A stretch of DNA of 22,959 bases. Origin: Cyanophora paradoxa CCMP329 (Eukaryota > Plantae > Glaucophyta). The notes under the pieces were generated by a model. It had not been told where the DNA came from. It saw only the letters and a program-made list of their open reading frames with translations, and ran no database searches. Below, piece by piece: positions 19,429 to 22,959 of the stretch. Location: positions 1 through 22,959 of the forward strand of contig QPMI01000586.1 in assembly GCA_004431415.1 (NCBI GenBank), read 5' to 3'. A program made the position numbers and the translations under genes. Numbering within the stretch: the first letter of the stretch is position 1; each line of letters begins with the position of its first letter.

Positions 19429-20275
19429 GCCGGGGCGTCCAGGCCTAAGACGGGTGCCGTGGGCGCGGGGCGGCCGGCCGGGCGGGGCGGGAGGGACGGG
19501 TGAGCAATCGACCACAGCGACGACGTCCAGCGGAGGGAGGGCGGCGCCGGCGCCACGGCGCGCCCCTGCGGGCTGAGACGAAGCGGGCGCGGACCGCCAG
19601 CCCCGTGCCTCTGGCTGTAGGGGCCGTGTTGGGTCGGGCCTCCGCTGAGCGGGGCCGCCGGCGGCAAGCTCGAGTTGGCACCATGGCCATGACATCCGAT
19701 GATGATCGACCTCGCCGTGAAGAGCAGAGACAGGCCTAGGGGAGGAACGCGGCAGACGGGGAAGCGAAACCAGAACCGAGCTGCGGACGGATTACCGGTA
19801 CCGCGCGACGGGCGGACCCGGCGCGCGGCATCGATATCCTGGCCGCGGCCGCATGCGCGCATGCGCATATATATATGCGCATGCATATGCGCAGCCGCGC
19901 GGATCCGGAGGCGGACGGCAGCAGATCCAGACGGTCCTCAAACGTCAACGGTCCTCAATGCGCATGCGCATTGTCGCGGCGCGCGCGCGTACGGCGTGTG
20001 CGTGTGGCCGTGGAACTCTGCGCGGCGGTATGTGCGCAACCGAGCGTCGTAGAATGCGGTTCACCTGGTCGTGGACGGCGGAGCGAGGCTGATCATAAAG
20101 CCGCCAGAGCCGCCAGAGTCCTTGGGCGCGCGGCAGTTGTGCGGCAGCTTTCCGCTGAGTCCGCAAGAAACGCAAGTACAATTTCAAGCGAAGCCAAGCG
20201 CATGGGCAAAGCGCTCGGTCCCGACGGAGAGCTCGAGCTCTGGCCCCTGTAACCCGTCTAGTGAAATCGCTTGTG

Positions 20276-22959
20276 ATGACCGGCGGATCCAAGGCCCGCT
20301 GGCCAGTGCGGGCGCCGCCTTTGCATGCAGCGCGGCTCCGGAGGTCTTGCGGGAGGCGCCGGTGGTCCCCAGTTCGTCTTCAGCAGTCTGCCAGTTCCCG
20401 GCGGCCGCTACGGCACCGAGTAGGCGTGCGCGACGGTCTCTCCGCTCATCAGGCAGCCTAGTTCTAGAGCCGGTTCGGGAGCTGCCTTGCACCGCACCGC
20501 CGGAGCGCAGCCGGGCAGTTACCACGGCGGAGCCCGTCGAGCGCTCGGCGCCTCTTCGACTCGCTCAAGCGCTTGCTGAAGCTCGATGAGAGCCCAAACC
20601 TTCCTCCCTGCCGCGCCTCCCTCGCCGGGTCCGCCGCCCGCGAGCCTGCATGCCCTAATCACTCCTGAGCACGAGCCGCGTGCAGAGCCCGAACCGGTGA
20701 CTGAGCCACAGGAGCCGCTCGCTCCGCTCAAGATCAACGTTGATGAGGGATATATGGCGCGCGAAGACGCGCGCGAAAGCGCACGGCGAATACGCTCGGC
20801 ACGGGAGCTCCGGCGGGGCCCTCAACTACGACCCGAAGGACGGGCCGCGCTGGCTGCTGCTGGCAACGATGGCACAGAAGGAGGGCGACATGGCGTTCGC
20901 ACGGGAGCTGCTGGAGCAGGCGACGGCTGCGAACCCCGACAACGCGCACCTCTGGCAGGTGCGCCGCCGCACGTGCAGCGCCCGCCGCGCGCCCGGGCCC
21001 ACCGGGGCGGCGCGCGCAGTCGTGGGCCCTCCTCGAGGAGAAGGCGGGGGACTTGGGGCGGGCGCGCAAGCTCTTCGACGCGGCGACGGTGGCGGACAAG
21101 CGGCACGCGCCGGTGTACGTCGCGTGGGCGCAGATGGAGGTGCGGGCCGGCGACTTCACGCGCGCCCGGGAGCTCTTCGAACAGTCCGCGTACCTCGACC
21201 AGGACTGCCCCCACGTGCGCCCCGCCGGCCCGCCCCGCTCCGACACGGCCCGAGGCCGCCGCCCGCCGACGCGCACGCCGCCGTCGCAGATCTGGCAGAG
21301 CTGGGGCCTGATGGAGAAGCGGCTCGGCAACATCGAGGCGGCGCGGCGGCTCTTTGAGCGGGGCGTGCGGACCAACCCGCGCTCGGCTGCGACTTACCAG
21401 GCCTGGTGCGGCCGCTCGCTCCCTTTCCTTTCCTTTCCTTTTCTGACGGGCGCGGCGCACGACGCGCTGCAGGGCGCTGATGGAGGCCGCGGAGAACGAG
21501 CCGGAGCGCGCCCGCGAGCTCTTCATGGGTGCCCCGCCCGCCCGCCCCGCCCGCGCGCGGCGCCGCCCATTGCATCCGCTAAGCGCGCACGCGCGCAGAG
21601 GCGGTGAACGCGAACGGCTCGAACGCGCTGGTGTGGCACGCGTGGGCCAAGTTCGAGCTGGAGCACGCCGGCGGGAGAGGGCGCGGCGCGCGCCGCCCGA
21701 GGTCTTCTCGGCTGGGGACGGAGGCGAACTGGCGGGACGGGCGCTGCTGGCAGGGCTGGGCGACGCTGGAGGCGGCGGACCGGGGCAACGCGGAGCTGGC
21801 GCGGGACCTCTTCTGGCGGGGCGCCGTCGCCGAACCGCGCGAGCCGGCGATCTGGCAGCGCTGGGGCTGCCTCGAGCAGCGCGCCGGCAACGCGCGCCTC
21901 GCGCGGCACCTCTTCCGCTGCGGCCTGGCGCTCCAGCCGCGCAACGTGTACCTGCTGCAGGCGTGGGCGCTGCTCGAGTCCTCGCTGGGCCGCTACGACG
22001 TCTCCGCGAGCTCTTCGAGTGCGCCGTCGCCGCGACCCCAAATGCCGCCCCCCGCCCCCCGGAGCCGCGCTGCCGCCGGTCGCTCTGCCCGGCTGACGCG
22101 GCGGCGGCGGCGGCGGGGCAGAGCCTGCCGGCGTGTCGGCGCGTACCAGCGGATGGAGGAGCGGGCGGGGAACGTGCGGGCGGCGCGGGGCGTCCTCGCC
22201 CGCCAGCTGGCGGCCCTCTCCGGCCGCAAAGGTCCGAGGCTCAGGTGTACCCCGGCACGCCTGGCGAGGCGGCCCTCGCGATGCGCGCCTGGCTCGCCGA
22301 GCGCTGGGGCCGCACCGCTCCGCCGCGGCCGCCAGGCCGCCGCCGGGCCCTCCTCCTCGTCCACCTCGGCCAACACAGCCGGGCGGCCATCGCGGCGGCG
22401 GCGGCCGCGGCGGCGGCCTCCTCCTCGTCCTCGGGGGCGGCGGTGCCGCTGGCGCCAGCGGAGGCGGGCGGCCTGCCGGCGTTCGAGCGGCTGGTGATGG
22501 CGTGCCGGGGCCGGCGGGGCGGGAGCAGGAGGAGGCGGAGGAGGTCGCGGCGATCTGGCGCTGGCTCGCGGTGCGCGGGGAGCGGCCCAGGCGGCGCTTC
22601 CCGGGCAGGTCCCCGTGGAGGGCGTCCCGCTGGTGATGCAGCAGGCGGCCGCGCGGGGCGAGGCGGAGGAGGAGGAGGAGGCGGAGGCCGGCACCAGCCT
22701 GGAGACGATCAAGCGGGAGGGCGCCTTCGTGCTCAATCGACCTCGAAGCTGCGGCCCCGTCCGCACGGGCATCGGCGAGCGCCTGCAGCTCTCCCGCCGG
22801 GCCCGCAGCGCCACGCAGGCCTGCGCAACGCGGCGGGGCGGGGCGCCGGCGTGCAGCGGGGCGTGCGGCCGCCGCGGCGGGCGGAGGCGGAGCCGGCGCC
22901 GCTGGGAGTGCTGGACCTGGACCCCGCCTTCGAGATGGCCTGGGTCCCCACCCGCCGCC
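20276..22959 (+). CDS. HAT/TPR-repeat plastid RNA-binding protein, HCF107/Mbb1-like; 3' end beyond the window
   Basis: Serial HAT repeats: ARELLEQATAANPDNAHLWQSWALLE, ARKLFDAATVADKRHAPVYVAWA, IWQSWGLMEKRLGNIEAARRLFERG, NVYLLQAWALLE. The LFDAATVADKRH block is characteristic of HCF107/Mbb1. The Ser/Ala-rich N-terminus (ASAGAAFACSAA...SSSSAVCQF) resembles a transit peptide. The start is approximate and frameshifts are present. Confidence 0.85.

Noticed and set aside
18985-19886. Minus-strand Pro-rich ORFs of 236 and 263 aa
   Set aside because: Low-complexity GC-rich sequence with a tandem duplication and no domain or splice pattern; at most a decayed fragment.
1-22959. Pervasive frameshifts as evidence of pseudogenisation or programmed frameshifting
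   Set aside because: They look like single-base losses, often at short runs. They affect host genes (RWP-RK, HAT) as much as element genes, and I saw no in-frame stops in conserved domains. Long-read assembly error is the simpler explanation, though real decay cannot be excluded without reads.

Overview
GC-rich eukaryotic nuclear DNA from a plastid-bearing alga, with short 40-125 nt GT(G/C)CGC...GCAG introns. Frequent single-base deletions break nearly every gene, host genes included, and are probably long-read assembly errors. The window has two parts. (1) About 1-12,050 is a tightly packed, virus-like gene array that runs off the left edge, with most intergenic gaps under 100 bp. It holds five small intron-free genes (three with predicted transmembrane helices), an intron-containing NCLDV/phycodnavirus-type D5-like SF3 helicase, two divergent multi-exon orphan genes sharing a 33-aa motif, an intron-free YqaJ/lambda-type exonuclease and a pair of tandem orphan paralogues. 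Most start codons are preceded by a shared A/T-rich TTCT motif, and GGGGTAC is enriched. I read this as one arm of an endogenous DNA virus or virus-derived element whose core genes carry host-style spliceosomal introns. (2) About 12,060-22,959 is host DNA: palindrome-rich spacers with two MITE-like elements and a (CAG)26 tract, an RWP-RK transcription factor gene, and an HCF107/Mbb1-like HAT/TPR plastid RNA-binding protein gene that runs off the right edge. Gene models were stitched by eye across frameshifts, so boundaries are approximate.
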